The notes under the pieces are model-generated. The model searched no databases and was not told the origin of the DNA. It saw only the letters and a program-made list of their open reading frames with translations. A stretch of 63,933 nucleotides of DNA, the filler included, from Thraustochytrium aureum (lineage: Eukaryota), in assembly GCA_012862495.1 (NCBI GenBank). It is 7 parts of 5 records of this genome, joined end to end, with 100 filler letters (N's around TTAATTAATTAA, not from the genome) between each part and the next. Parts side by side here need not be neighbours in the genome. Positions count along the whole stretch, not along the records: positions 28,622 to 48,199 come from BLSG01000152.1; positions 48,300 to 52,580 come from BLSG01000152.1; positions 52,681 to 59,929 come from BLSG01000153.1; 4 more parts are not named here. The stretch is one strand, 5' to 3'. Positions 45,326 to 55,874 of the stretch are shown in pieces; the stretch's first letter is position 1, and the number at the start of each line of letters is the position of its first letter. The position numbers and the translations under genes were made by a program.

Positions 45326-47113
45326 TTACGGTGTGGCAGTGACATTAAAGTTGAGCATCATCCCAGTGTCCTCGTGCATAAGCGTGTGGCAGTGCGCGAC
45401 AGACTCGCCCACAAAGTCGCGGGCCACCCAGCGGATCGTCACGTTGCCCGGTGACGGGACCGAGATGGTGTCTCGAAAGTCGCCGATGGCAAAGTCGGGC
45501 GAAAATCCTGCGCGGACGCGGTCCGAAGACTGGGAGATGACCTGGAAGTGATTCACGTGCAGGTGAAACGGGTGCGATTCTAGCGCGTCGGTCCCGTCCA
45601 GGCACTGCTCGTTCTGGATCGTCCACTCGACGACCTGGCCAAGCGACACGTTGAACATGACCTGACCGGGGTTGTAGGCAACCCCGTTGATTCCAAGAAA
45701 CGAGTAGTGCTCCCCGTCTCTTGTAACCGGCGGCGTGCTCGGCCCGGCTTGAGTGTAAGTGATAAGGTGGCGAACATCGGGCTGGACAGCGCGCAAGTCG
45801 CCGAGCGGCTCGACCTCGTAGCCTTTGGAGCCGCCGATCCGGCTGCCTTCTGCAAGCACCGCGCTTCGCACCGGCGGCGCGCCGGTTGCCCCCGCAACAC
45901 GAACGTTGAGGACGGTCCCGGTTGCTATTTTTGACTCGCTGCCGATGTAGGCCCTCAGCTCCTCCTCCTGCGGCGAGTTTCCGAGCGCGGACACAACCTC
46001 TGCATCGCCAGTGCACTGCACAAGCAAGTCACGGCGCGAGCCTGGTGGGATCAGCACGCCCTCCTCTGGGCCGCGGGCGCGCGGCTTGGGGAAGGTAATG
46101 CCGTCAGCGGCAGCTTCCGCGAGCGCACACGGGCCCTTCACCAGTAGCCTGAGATTCCCGTCGATGATTGAATTGATTATGCGCCAATGGCGAACTTGTC
46201 CGGCAGGCATTTCGAAAACCGGCGCCGCGAGACCGTTCACGGTGATGAAGCGCACTCCGCCGGCGCCGGCGCTCAAGTCTGCTTGGTCAGGCAGGGCGAT
46301 ATCCAGGTCCAAAAGGCTCCCTGATATTCTTGAGTCTGCGACAATATCTGTGCGTTTGCCAGACCCGATGTCTACAAAACCGACCATCATGACATCGTCG
46401 GGTGGCGAACTGCGGTCGACCTCGGGAACGACCAGTAGGGCGGCAACCATGGAGTAGGCCGTCTGCAGCGCGCTGCTCCCGTGAAAGTGGCTGTGTACGT
46501 AGAACGTGCCGTGTGGGTGGTTGCTCGGGATGTCGTACACAAAAGTAAGGTTGTCGCCTGGGGCGGAGACCCGATAAATGTTGTCCGCGACGCCGGCGGG
46601 CGAGATGTGGAGTCCGTGCGTGTGGATAACCGTCGAGTTCGGACCGCGGAGAGCGTTTACAGTACCTCCTGAGGCTCCTTCTGCGCCCAGCCGGTTTCGA
46701 AGGTCGATCTGCAGCCTCTCGCCTCGTCGCACGACCAGGGTCGGCGCTGGCGAAGTCCCGTTGAATGTCCGCGCGTTGAAGGCTACGCCGTTTCCGCAGT
46801 CGACTCGGCCCACCACGACGTCAAACACGACTCGAAGAACGCCGTCTTTGGCCCCTATCCTCCGCGGCTCCCGAAACGCGGGCGCAGCTCCTGCCGCTTG
46901 CGCGTCATCCACCAGAGCGCCCGACCCCGCGCGTGTACCGCCGATGGGCCCCGTGGCAGCGCTCCACACGGCTCCCACGCTAAGCACAGCCGCGGCGGCG
47001 GCTATCACGCGCCTCCGCCACGTCTTGCGCCGCTCCGCGGTGCCCGGGTCTTCAGCTGTCCACTCCAGCGCCCACCGTGACGCATTTTCGATCGTGCCGT
47101 ATCTGGTCGCCAT
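45326..47113 (-). CDS. Three-domain multicopper oxidase with N-terminal hydrophobic anchor or signal
   Basis: All four Cu-binding motifs are present: IHTHGLH, YVHSHFHG, HPFHLHVN and HCHTLMHEDTGMM (axial Met). Confidence 0.93.
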   Translation of the reverse strand: MATRYGTIENASRWALEWTAEDPGTAERRKTWRRRVIAAAAAVLSVGAVWSAATGPIGGTRAGSGALVDDAQAAGAAPAFREPRRIGAKDGVLRVVFDVVVGRVDCGNGVAFNARTFNGTSPAPTLVVRRGERLQIDLRNRLGAEGASGGTVNALRGPNSTVIHTHGLHISPAGVADNIYRVSAPGDNLTFVYDIPSNHPHGTFYVHSHFHGSSALQTAYSMVAALLVVPEVDRSSPPDDVMMVGFVDIGSGKRTDIVADSRISGSLLDLDIALPDQADLSAGAGGVRFITVNGLAAPVFEMPAGQVRHWRIINSIIDGNLRLLVKGPCALAEAAADGITFPKPRARGPEEGVLIPPGSRRDLLVQCTGDAEVVSALGNSPQEEELRAYIGSESKIATGTVLNVRVAGATGAPPVRSAVLAEGSRIGGSKGYEVEPLGDLRAVQPDVRHLITYTQAGPSTPPVTRDGEHYSFLGINGVAYNPGQVMFNVSLGQVVEWTIQNEQCLDGTDALESHPFHLHVNHFQVISQSSDRVRAGFSPDFAIGDFRDTISVPSPGNVTIRWVARDFVGESVAHCHTLMHEDTGMMLNFNVTATP

Positions 47114-47222
47114 CCCCGAGTCCCGCGCACCGAAACCACGGCAAACCTGCCTGCGACCGCAGGACCTTATCCGCGGCGCGCGAGCTTGCTTGCCGGCGAC
47201 TGAAGCCCGTCTCGCGTCCAGG

Positions 47223-47257
47223 TCTGCTCTGCTCTGCTCTGCTCTGCTCTGCTCTGC
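47223..47257. repeat. (CTCTG)n pentanucleotide microsatellite
   Basis: About 7 units of TCTGC upstream of the multicopper oxidase. Confidence 0.85.
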
Positions 47258-48087
47258 CGCTCGTCAAACGGGGTGCGCTTCACGACGCCTGATTCGCACT
47301 TTTATGTTGTCGATGCCTCGAGTTCTCCCTGGCGCTGTTCGCACGGCCCGAGCAGCGCCAGGTCCTGCTCGCGCAGCAGGCGGTCGCGCAGCAGGCGGTC
47401 GCGCAGCAGGCGGTGGGCTTCATGGCAGGCTGGCCGTCGCCTGCCTTGGCCGGTCCGCGCCTCGGCTGGTGGCGTGCTTGAGAGCCCACGGAGGTGCGCC
47501 GAGCTCGGCGGCGGCGCCTTGCCGCGGAGGCCGAACGCGCCGAGCCCGCTCGCCGTGCGCAGGTACCGGTAGGTATCTCGCTCGCTCGAGAGAGGGACGA
47601 GGCCGAGCGTGCGGCGCGGCAAGCGGCGTGGCTGCGAGGCTGCGAGGCTGCGGCCGCTGGCTGCTGCAGCCCCAGCGCCATGACACGGCCTCGGCAAAAC
47701 CTCTCACGCGCAATACTATCCATGGCCTTACGCAGTTATCCCGCGACCTCGCGTCTTCCTGCCGCTCTCTCTCGAGCGAGCGAGCGTGAGAGGCCGCAAG
47801 AGCGGCCGCCAGGGCGCCCCCAGGGCCTCCGTGCAAGGCGAGGCTCTCTCCGCTCTCTGCCAGCGCCCCTCCCAGACGGCCCCCCCTGCAAGGGGCTTTC
47901 TCACGTGGACGTGGAAGTAGGCTCGTAGAGGCGAAGGGGCTCCCTCGACACGACGCGACACTGGCAGGGAGTTCGGCCCCTCACGAGCGCTGCGTGAACG
48001 GGTGTGCTGAGACTGCTGAGCGCTGTGCTGATGATGATCGAGCAGAACCCGATCTAGTGCGGGACGCGGAGTGCAATTGCTCGACGC

Positions 48088-48199
48088 ACAGACCAGACCA
48101 GACACCGGACCCGAACACCAGAGCAGGCTCCAGACCAGAGACCAGAGCAGACCTGAGCAGACCCGAACACAGGCCAGACTCCAGAGACCAGACTCCAGA
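48088..48199. repeat. Degenerate CAGAC/CAGAG-rich simple repeat at the contig end
   Basis: Repeated CCAGA/CAGAC units running into the linker. Confidence 0.7.
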
Positions 48200-48299
48200 N
48201 NNNNNNNNNNNNNNNNNNNNNNNNNNNNNNNNNNNNNNNNNNNTTAATTAATTAANNNNNNNNNNNNNNNNNNNNNNNNNNNNNNNNNNNNNNNNNNNN
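48200..48299. other. Artificial linker N44-TTAATTAATTAA-N44
   Basis: Same 100-nt structure as at 28522. Confidence 0.97.
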
Positions 48300-49567
48300 T
48301 TTCATACCCGAACGAGGAGCTTCCCGTCGCGCGTCGCGTCAAGTCAACGCCCTGCTACCACGTCCTCGACGCCGCTGGTGCCGCGTGGGGGGCCTCGTTC
48401 GGGATGGAGTACCCCAAGTTTTTCGACCCGGAGAGCAAAGGCTATGCTCCAGAGAAGCCCTCGTTCCGCCGTTCGAACGCGTTCGGCGCTGTCAAAGAGG
48501 AGGTCAGTGCACTGCGCGGATCCGTCGGCATGATTGACACCGGAACCTTCTCCAAGTTTGCGGTCTCCGGGCCGGGGGCGCGGGCTTGGCTTGACGAGCT
48601 CCTCGCGTGCCGAATCCCAAAGCCCGGTCGAATGGGCCTTGCGCCAATGCTGAGCTCTTCGGGCCGGCTCATGGGTGACCTAACTGTCATGAATCTCGGC
48701 GAGAATCGGTTCTGGCTCGTCGGCTCTGGGCAGCTCCAGGCCTTCCACATGCGCTGGTTTGCGCAGCGGGGCGCCAACGCGGACCGCTCTTCGTTCATTG
48801 TAGAGAACATCACGGACACCATGCTCGGATTTGCCATCTCTGGCCCGAACTCGCGCGCACTTCTCGAGCGGGTTGTCGGAGGCGGGGCTGCGACGATGGC
48901 CGGGGACGAATTCCGATTCATGGACGTCAAAGAGCTCGACATAGGCATGGCGCGCGGCCTGGTCGCTCGAGTCAGCGTCACGGGCGAGCTTGGGTACGAG
49001 GTGACCGTGCCTGCTTCGCAGATGGTGTCGCTCTATTCTGCTCTCACGGACGCAGGCGCGGACCTTGGTCTTCGCAACGTTGGTAGCTACGCGCTTACCT
49101 CGGCCCGTCTGGAGAAGGGGTTTGGGGCTTGGGGGCGCGAGTACACCCCTGAGTTTACGCCCCGCATGAGTGGGCTCGACAAGTTTGTGGCCTACAACAA
49201 GAAGGCCAACTTCATCGGCAAGGAGGCAGCCCTTCGCGACCGAGACGCCCCTGTCGGTCCACAGGATCGCAGGCTCGTGCAGCTTGCGCTGCGCGACGTT
49301 GGGCAGACCTCCGACGCGTGGGGTTACGAGCCCGTGTGGGTTCAAGTTCCCGGCGAGGAGCGTCGTTTCTGCGGATTCACGACGAGCGGCGCCTTCGGCC
49401 ACCACGTCGGCAAGAGCGTCGCTCTCGCGTACATTGACCAAGCTGCTCGCGACGCTGTCGGCAGCGGCTCTGCCGAGCTCTCGGTGTGGCTTCTCGGCGA
49501 ACCCGTGCCGGCCGACATGCAGCTCGAGCCGTTGCACGACCCCACTAGTGCAAGAATGCTTGCCTAA
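48300..49567 (+). CDS. Dimethylglycine/sarcosine dehydrogenase-like protein, C-terminal GcvT (folate-binding) half; 5' truncated
   Basis: YPNEELPVARRVKSTPCY..GASFGMEYP..SFRRSNAF..VGMIDTGTFSKFAVSGPGA, RVSVTGELGYEV, SARLEKGFGAWGREYT and TTSGAFGHHVGKSVALAYI..PLHDP. Confidence 0.88.
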
Positions 49568-49752
49568 AGTCAACTCGAAGCGGCGGTCGCATTTCCTCGT
49601 GAAAATATTGTTTTGGCTCTCCGAGTTGGGGATAGAAAGGACAAAGTGGTGCCGCACTACGGTCGAGCGGCACCTTTGTACCGCTTTTCGTTGGTACTAT
49701 TTGACTTTCTGGAGTCGTAGGCTGCGCGCTGGCGAGCGTGAGCGGCTGGAGT

Positions 49753-49932
49753 CGCCAGGTCGCGACATCACCGAACCAGAGGTGGTCTGCGGGTCGCGCA
49801 AGCGGAAAACTTGCCATGTCCAGCGGTTGCCCTGTCCGCGCCAGGTCACGACATCACCGAACCAGAGGTGGCCTGCGGGTCGCGCAAGCGAGAAAACCGA
49901 CCCATGTCCAGCAGTTGCCCTGTCCGCGCCAG
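49753..49932. repeat. Imperfect ~86-88 bp tandem duplication spanning the stop codon of the FAD oxidoreductase
   Basis: CGCCAGGTC(G/A)CGACATCACCGAACCAGAGGTGG..CCATGTCCAGC.GTTGCCCTGTCCG starts at 49753 and at 49839. Confidence 0.9.
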
Positions 49933-51697
49933 CTCGAGCTGGATCGGGTCCTTGTCGTGGTCTCGGCCACAGTTCTCAACCTGATCAACAAGGTGCGCGA
50001 TCATCTTGCCCACCACGGGCGAGTTTTTGAACTGGTTGCCCGAGGTGCCGATGGCAAGGTAGAGNNNNNNNNNNNNNNNNNNNNNNNNNNNNNNNNNNNN
50101 NNNNNNNNNNNNNNNNNNNNNNNNNNNNNNNNNNNNNNNNNNNNNNNNNNNNNNNNNNNNNNNNNNNNNNNNNNNNNNNNNNNNNNNNNNNNNNNNNNNN
50201 NNNNNNNNNNNNNNNNNNNNNNNNNNNNNNNNNNNNNNNNNNNNNNNNNNNNNNNNNNNNNNNNNNNNNNNNNNNNNNNNNNNNNNNNNNNNNNNNNNNN
50301 NNNNNNNNNNNNNNNNNNNNNNNNNNNNNNNNNNNNNNNNNNNNNNNNNNNNNNNNNNNNNNNNNNNNNNNNNNNNNNNNNNNNNNNNNNNNNNNNNNNN
50401 NNNNNNNNNNNNAGAGCCCGTCGATCGCCGACCGGTCGTAGACCGGCATCCAGTCCTCCGTCACGTCATACGTAGAGACGATCCCCGACGAGGCGTTGGG
50501 GATCGCCACCGCCGGAATGCGCATCGCAGACCTGTACGCGAGATTCGTCCAAAAGTCGGTCAGCTGGCCAAGTGGAGCGGACTCGAGCACCTCATCCGGG
50601 TCCTCGACAAACTCTGGGGGGTCACACTCTGGCTCGAGCCCCCCGACGACAAGTCGGCCGTTTCCTGGCTCGGGCCGCCAGTACACTCCAAGGTCGGCGT
50701 CTGCGCTTGACATGATATCCGTCACCTCACCCTTGGGTGCGTTTGGGTCCAGAGGGAGGTAGGCAACCTCGGTGCGCATCGGCCTTGTGGTGATGCGCAT
50801 GTCGTTGGGAACCCCGTTCGCCTGGAAAGCCAACTTGTTGACGAGGCTTGAGTGCGGCCCGGCCGCGTTGATGACCACAGGGGCTTCCAACTTGACCCTT
50901 TCACCAGCCTCGTTAAGGACTGTCACGCCGGACACACGGCTGCTGCTGCTGCTGCTGCTGCTGCTGTGCAAGTCCACGCTGGTCACCTTCGTGTTGAAGA
51001 GGAAAGCGGCGCCGCTGCGCTCGGCGGCGCGCTTGATCGTCGTGGTGGCATACTGGGGATCGTTGATGTCTGCCCCATCGCGTCAGAGCAAGGACGCATG
51101 ACGCGCCGCGTGTGCGTCAGTCCGCGTCGCAGCCGTGCGCCAGTAGCCATGTTCGCGAGGCAAGAAAAAACTTACAACCGGTCCTGGGAAAGTAGAGACC
51201 ATAGTCGACCAGCTTGTCCCCGTCCCGCTCGCCGAAGCGCTCGTCGTCGACGCGCCGAGGAGGGCCAAACCGCGCGGTTTGCCAGCCCACCATGCGTTCG
51301 ATCTTGTCTGTGTCCCAGCGCTCAACGGGGATTCCGAGCGTCTTGGAGTGCATCTCTGCGTTATCCAGCAGGTGGGCGGATAGCGGTGTGCGAAGGAGCA
51401 GGCCGCCGTTTTCGCGAAAGAGAAGCGGGTCTTCGCCTGCTTCGCTTTGCACGTGCGCATCCCAGTCCCCCCAGTACTGGTACGCTTCCCAGGCGAGCTT
51501 GCAGGCGTCGAGCGTCGAGTAGTACGACCTAATCACCCCGCTGCTGTACGAGGTCGTTCCGTGCCCTGCCGCTGCATTCCTGTCGACGCTCAGCACCTTG
51601 AACCCCATTCTGGCGAGCTCCAGGGTCACCGAGCTGCCAATCACGCCAGCCCGATCACAATCGCGTCAAACGCTCGTGTTGCTGCGCGCTGCGCCAT
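49846..51697 (-). CDS. FAD-dependent oxidoreductase of the DAO/sarcosine oxidase beta family; intron 51070-51175, frameshift near 51651
   Basis: MAQRAATRAFDAIVIG(A)GVIGSSVTLELAR..GHGTTSYSSGVIR (Rossmann fold). Splicing gives PRTGYINDPQYA, then VVINAAGPHS and TYDVTEDWMPVYDRSAIDGLYLAIGTSGNQFKNSPVVGKMIA. Stop at 49846. Confidence 0.88.
51070..51175 (-). other. Spliceosomal intron (106 nt)
   Basis: GTAAGT donor, CTGAC branch site and CAG acceptor on the minus strand; removal restores the frame. Confidence 0.85.
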
Positions 51698-51960
51698 CCC
51701 GACACCGCGCGCGTACCAAAGTCGCTTCAGGCCCACGGTCCCCTCCTCCCTCCGCGTCCTGCACGAGCTCGCCGTCGGCTCGCCGTCGGCTCGACTTGGC
51801 ACTTGCGCGCGCCACAAACCAGCTCCTGCTCACGTGGCGCGACTCGCTCGCAGGCAAGTAATCGGCCTGCTCCGCGCTCGCATCCAACTCGAACTCGCCT
51901 CCGACGAACGGTTTCTACGATGCGAATCAACGCACAATTCAGCGAGAGATTGGGGGCAGC

Positions 51961-52029
51961 ACAAAAACAACAACAAAAAAAAACCCAAAAAACAAACAAA
52001 AAACAAACAAAAAAACAAACAAAAAAAAA
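51961..52029. repeat. A-rich (A3-9 C)n low-complexity tract
   Basis: ACAAAAACAACAACAAAAAAAAACCC... stands out against the GC-rich background. Confidence 0.85.
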
Positions 52030-52580
52030 CGAGAATTCATTTCTTGCATCAATACTGAAACCAACTTTCCGCAAGGGGAGGGGCATCACATTGTGGAACG
52101 ACAGCACAATCAAATCAAAATTCAAATTCAAATGTATTGACTGATCAAGAGGCAAGCAAGTACTCCTTACTCTCTGCGTTCGAGTGGGTGGTTTTAGGTG
52201 GGTTCCGCGTATCTTTGAGTCTTGAAAGCCGAGACGACTCTAGCAAGGGGCGGGCTGGCTGAAGAGGAACATGGGCGGCGCAGCATCGTCTCGGGAAACC
52301 GTGACCCACGGCAGTCCCAAGCCCCGTCGATGTTCTCGTGTGCACGTCGCGACTGCGTTCGCCGCGCCTTGCCTGCGCAGAGCTGCCCCAGAGCGCGGCA
52401 GAGCTGGCTGTTGGTGGCCAGCGCGCGTGAAGCTCGACTTTGCGGACCACGATGACTCTGCCGCTCGCAAAGTACATGCGCATGCAGCTCCCTTGTGGAT
52501 CTGTTGAGGAAATGACGATCCGGGCCAGGCAGCCTTCGGCGCGTCCTGGCGATCGGCGGAGCGTGCGAGAAAATGGATCG

Positions 52581-52680
52581 NNNNNNNNNNNNNNNNNNNN
52601 NNNNNNNNNNNNNNNNNNNNNNNNTTAATTAATTAANNNNNNNNNNNNNNNNNNNNNNNNNNNNNNNNNNNNNNNNNNNN
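52581..52680. other. Artificial linker N44-TTAATTAATTAA-N44
   Basis: Same 100-nt structure. Confidence 0.97.
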
Positions 52681-53263
52681 AATCGGTAACAGACACACGC
52701 GTTGGGAGCGCCCACGCGCGTTGGGAGCGGCGGCCGGCTCGGAGAGCTTCGCTCGCCGCCTCGCCGCCCCTTCCGCTCATGCGGACTTGTTGCGTCCATG
52801 GCTCTTTGCTGGCCGCTCCCTCGCGTGATTTGTTCTTCAACATGCTCGCAGCCAGACCGGTTTTGAAACGTTGCACCTGCACCTGCACGACACAGTAAAG
52901 TACTCTACTCCAAGTGCAGTAGAGTACCCGAGTGGGTATCTTGCGCAGCCCCAATTGCACGAGGCGCAAGGGTGTTCGCGCACCTGCTGCCTGCCTTGCC
53001 GTTTCGTACAGTGTCGGGGCTCCGAGACGAATGTCAAGAACGACAAAACCCCACCAGCCACGACAGGCCGCTTCGGCGAGGGCCCGACGGGAAGGGTTGG
53101 GGCGGCGGGCCATTTTATGCCTTCAAGATTGTCGTCAACTGTGCAGTTTGCGTGGCCAACGAGGGCGACGACCTGGGGGTGGTCCCGTTCGGTGTTTCAT
53201 GAAGTCGGAGGGAGCCGACCTTGTCGCTGCCGTTGGCCCACAGAGCTGAGCTAATGATGTGTG

Positions 53264-53287
53264 GACAGACCGACAGACAGACAGACC

Positions 53288-53335
<48 letters not shown>

Positions 53336-53347
53336 CACAGACAGACA
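53264..53347. repeat. (GACA)n tetranucleotide microsatellite
   Basis: About 20 GACA units with a few substitutions. Confidence 0.95.
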
Positions 53348-54516
53348 AACCTCCACACGTCCCGACAAAGATCGGGCCACAAAGGAAACAGAACGTCCGC
53401 CTCGCCGATAACCTGCTCGACAAGGTGTCCGTTATGTTCACGTCAGCTCTTTGCTCGTTCGGTCAAACCTCGGGCACCCCAGCGCTTGAACCGCTCAGAC
53501 CGCTTGCTTTCCTCTTTCTTTCTGGCCAACTCGACGTGTCTTGAAATCAATCCACCAACCACATGGATTATCAATCAAAAACTTGAACGTTGACTCAGCT
53601 CTTGATCCAAAAACCTCCGGCGATTTGGCTCCCGCCAACGCTTGAGCATCGCCGCGATGTGCTGCGGAATTTGACCGGCGGCGTGCGGCCTGGAGCGGGT
53701 GCCCCCAGGGCCCCGCTGTCGGTTGCGCTGTGTAGTTGGTCAATTCCTTCACAAGACAACACATGATTCCAAATTCCCTCCTTCCCCCTTGCGAGCGCCA
53801 CTGACGACTTGGACGTGGAACGGCCATCCATCCAACCTCTTTCGAGCGAACTCTCTGGATGGAGGAAAGAGCAACTGTCGCGCAGCAGCCACCACCGCAA
53901 CGCCGTCCGTCTCGGAGCGAGAGCGTGTAGTCCCGGTGTCCACCTCGTGGTGGCAGCCACCTCAACGCCGCTTTCCGAACAGGAGGGCTTGCACTTGCAC
54001 GTTGCAACCCCTGAAATCTAGCTCTAGCTCGAGACCCGGCGAACGGCGGTTTCGAGTCGCGACCGCTCCAATGCGCATCCTGGCACGTCCCTCCCTCGTG
54101 GGCTGGAGAGGGACAACTCTTTTGTTGCGATTCGCACGGCCGCGGCGTGTTGGCGCGGCCTGGAAGCCAGTGGAGCCTGTGGGCGGAGTTGCGCTTCTCC
54201 GAGGCGCCACTCGCTAGTAAGGTGGTGCACGTCAACAGAAACAGGTCAGTTGTCCCTTCATGAACTAAAGGGAAGCCGCAAGAATGCGACCGCCAGCGCT
54301 GCCTTGCCTTCTCCAGCACTCCGCGTGGTGCCGTTGAGTACAGAGCAGCGTTTTGTTTTCACCCCGAGGGCCCTGAGGACCAGCCGAGCAGCCGATATCC
54401 GCGCCAGCTTTCTAGCCAAGGGCGCCTCGGTCGAAGGCGACACGGTTTCGTTGAGCAGACGACCCTGTCACGTCGCGCCCGCTCGACCAGGCCGGCTGCA
54501 GCGGCTCGGCCAGCCT

Positions 54517-54575
54517 CTCCGGGACGACCATCAACGCAACGTCGCTCTCCGGGGCGACCATCAACGCAACGTCGC
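54517..54575. repeat. 30-bp tandem duplication
   Basis: CTCCGGG(A/G)CGACCATCAACGCAACGTCGC occurs twice in tandem. Confidence 0.85.
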
Positions 54576-55874
54576 ACTGACAGTTGAGGCCAGCGAGCGC
54601 AGTGCAGCGCAGTGTCGGTCAGCCCAACCACGCTCGCTCACCATCATGTCTGTTAGCGGTGGACGGGAACTTGGACTCGCGCTCGCTCCCAACATCATCC
54701 CTCGCGCGGCACAATCTGCTTGCGCGAGGGACGGCTGCCTGTCCTTGTTGCGACCGCGCTTGTCGCGTGCTTTTGTCCGAGCGCGTGNNNNNNNNNNNNN
54801 NNNNNNNNNNNNNNNNNNNNNNNNNNNNNNNNNNNNNNNNNNNNNNNNNNNNNNNNNNNNNNNNNNNNNNNNNNNNNNNNNNNNNNNNNNNNNNNNNNNN
54901 NNNNNNNNNNNNNNNNNNNNNNNNNNNNNNNNNNNNNNNNNNNNNNNNNNNNNNNNNNNNNNNNNNNNNNNNNNNNNNNNNNNNNNNNNNNNNNNNNNNN
55001 NNNNNNNNNNNNNNNNNNNNNNNNNNNNNNNNNNNNNNNNNNNNNNNNNNNNNNNNNNNNNNNNNNNNNNNNNNNNNNNNNNNNNNNNNNNNNNNNNNNN
55101 NNNNNNNNNNNNNNNNNNNNNNNNNNNNNNNNNNNNNNNNNNNNNNNNNNNNNNNNNNNNNNNNNNNNNNNNNNNNNNNNNNNNNNNNNNNNNNNNNNNN
55201 NNNNNNNNNNNNNNNNNNNNNNNNNNNNNNNNNNNNNNNNNNNNNNNNNNNNNNNNNNNNNNNNNNNNNNNNNNNNNNNNNNNNNNNNNNNNNNNNNNNN
55301 NNNNNNNNNNNNNNNNNNNNNNNNNNNNNNNNNNNNNNNNNNNNNNNNNNNNNNNNNNNNNNNNNNNNNNNNNNNNNNNNNNNNNNNNNNNNNNNNNNNN
55401 NNNNNNNNNNNNNNNNNNNNNNNNNNNNNNNNNNNNNNNNNNNNNNNNNNNNNNNNNNNNNNNNNNNNNNNNNNNNNNNNNNNNNNNNNNNNNNNNNNNN
55501 NNNNNNNNNNNNNNNNNNNNNNNNNNNNNNNNNNNNNNNNNNNNNNNNNNNNNNNNNNNNNNNNNNNNNNNNNNNNNNNNNNNNNNNNNNNNNNNNNNNN
55601 NNNNNNNNNNNNNNNNNNNNNNNNNNNNNNNNNNNNNNNNNNNNNNNNNNNNNNNNNNNNNNNNNNNNNNNNNNNNNNNNNNNNNNNNNNNNNNNNNNNN
55701 NNNNNNNNNNNNACACAGCGGGTTGGGCAGTACCCGAACGTGTCGAGTGCGTGCGGCCAAGCGCAGCGAGTGCTCGCTCGCTTTAGCTCGAAGCCGCAAC
55801 TGTGCCGACGGCACCGCGCAACAAGGACAGGAGAGGACCGACCCGACCGACCTTCCTCCCGTACCACCGCTACT

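Noticed and set aside
48300..51697. Bacterial contaminant contig
   Set aside because: The oxidoreductase has a canonical GT-AG intron and the flanks carry eukaryote-like simple repeats.
52899..52927. Hairpin GTACTCTACT-N8-AGTAGAGTAC as an ncRNA or element end
   Set aside because: A 10-bp stem with no supporting context could arise by chance.
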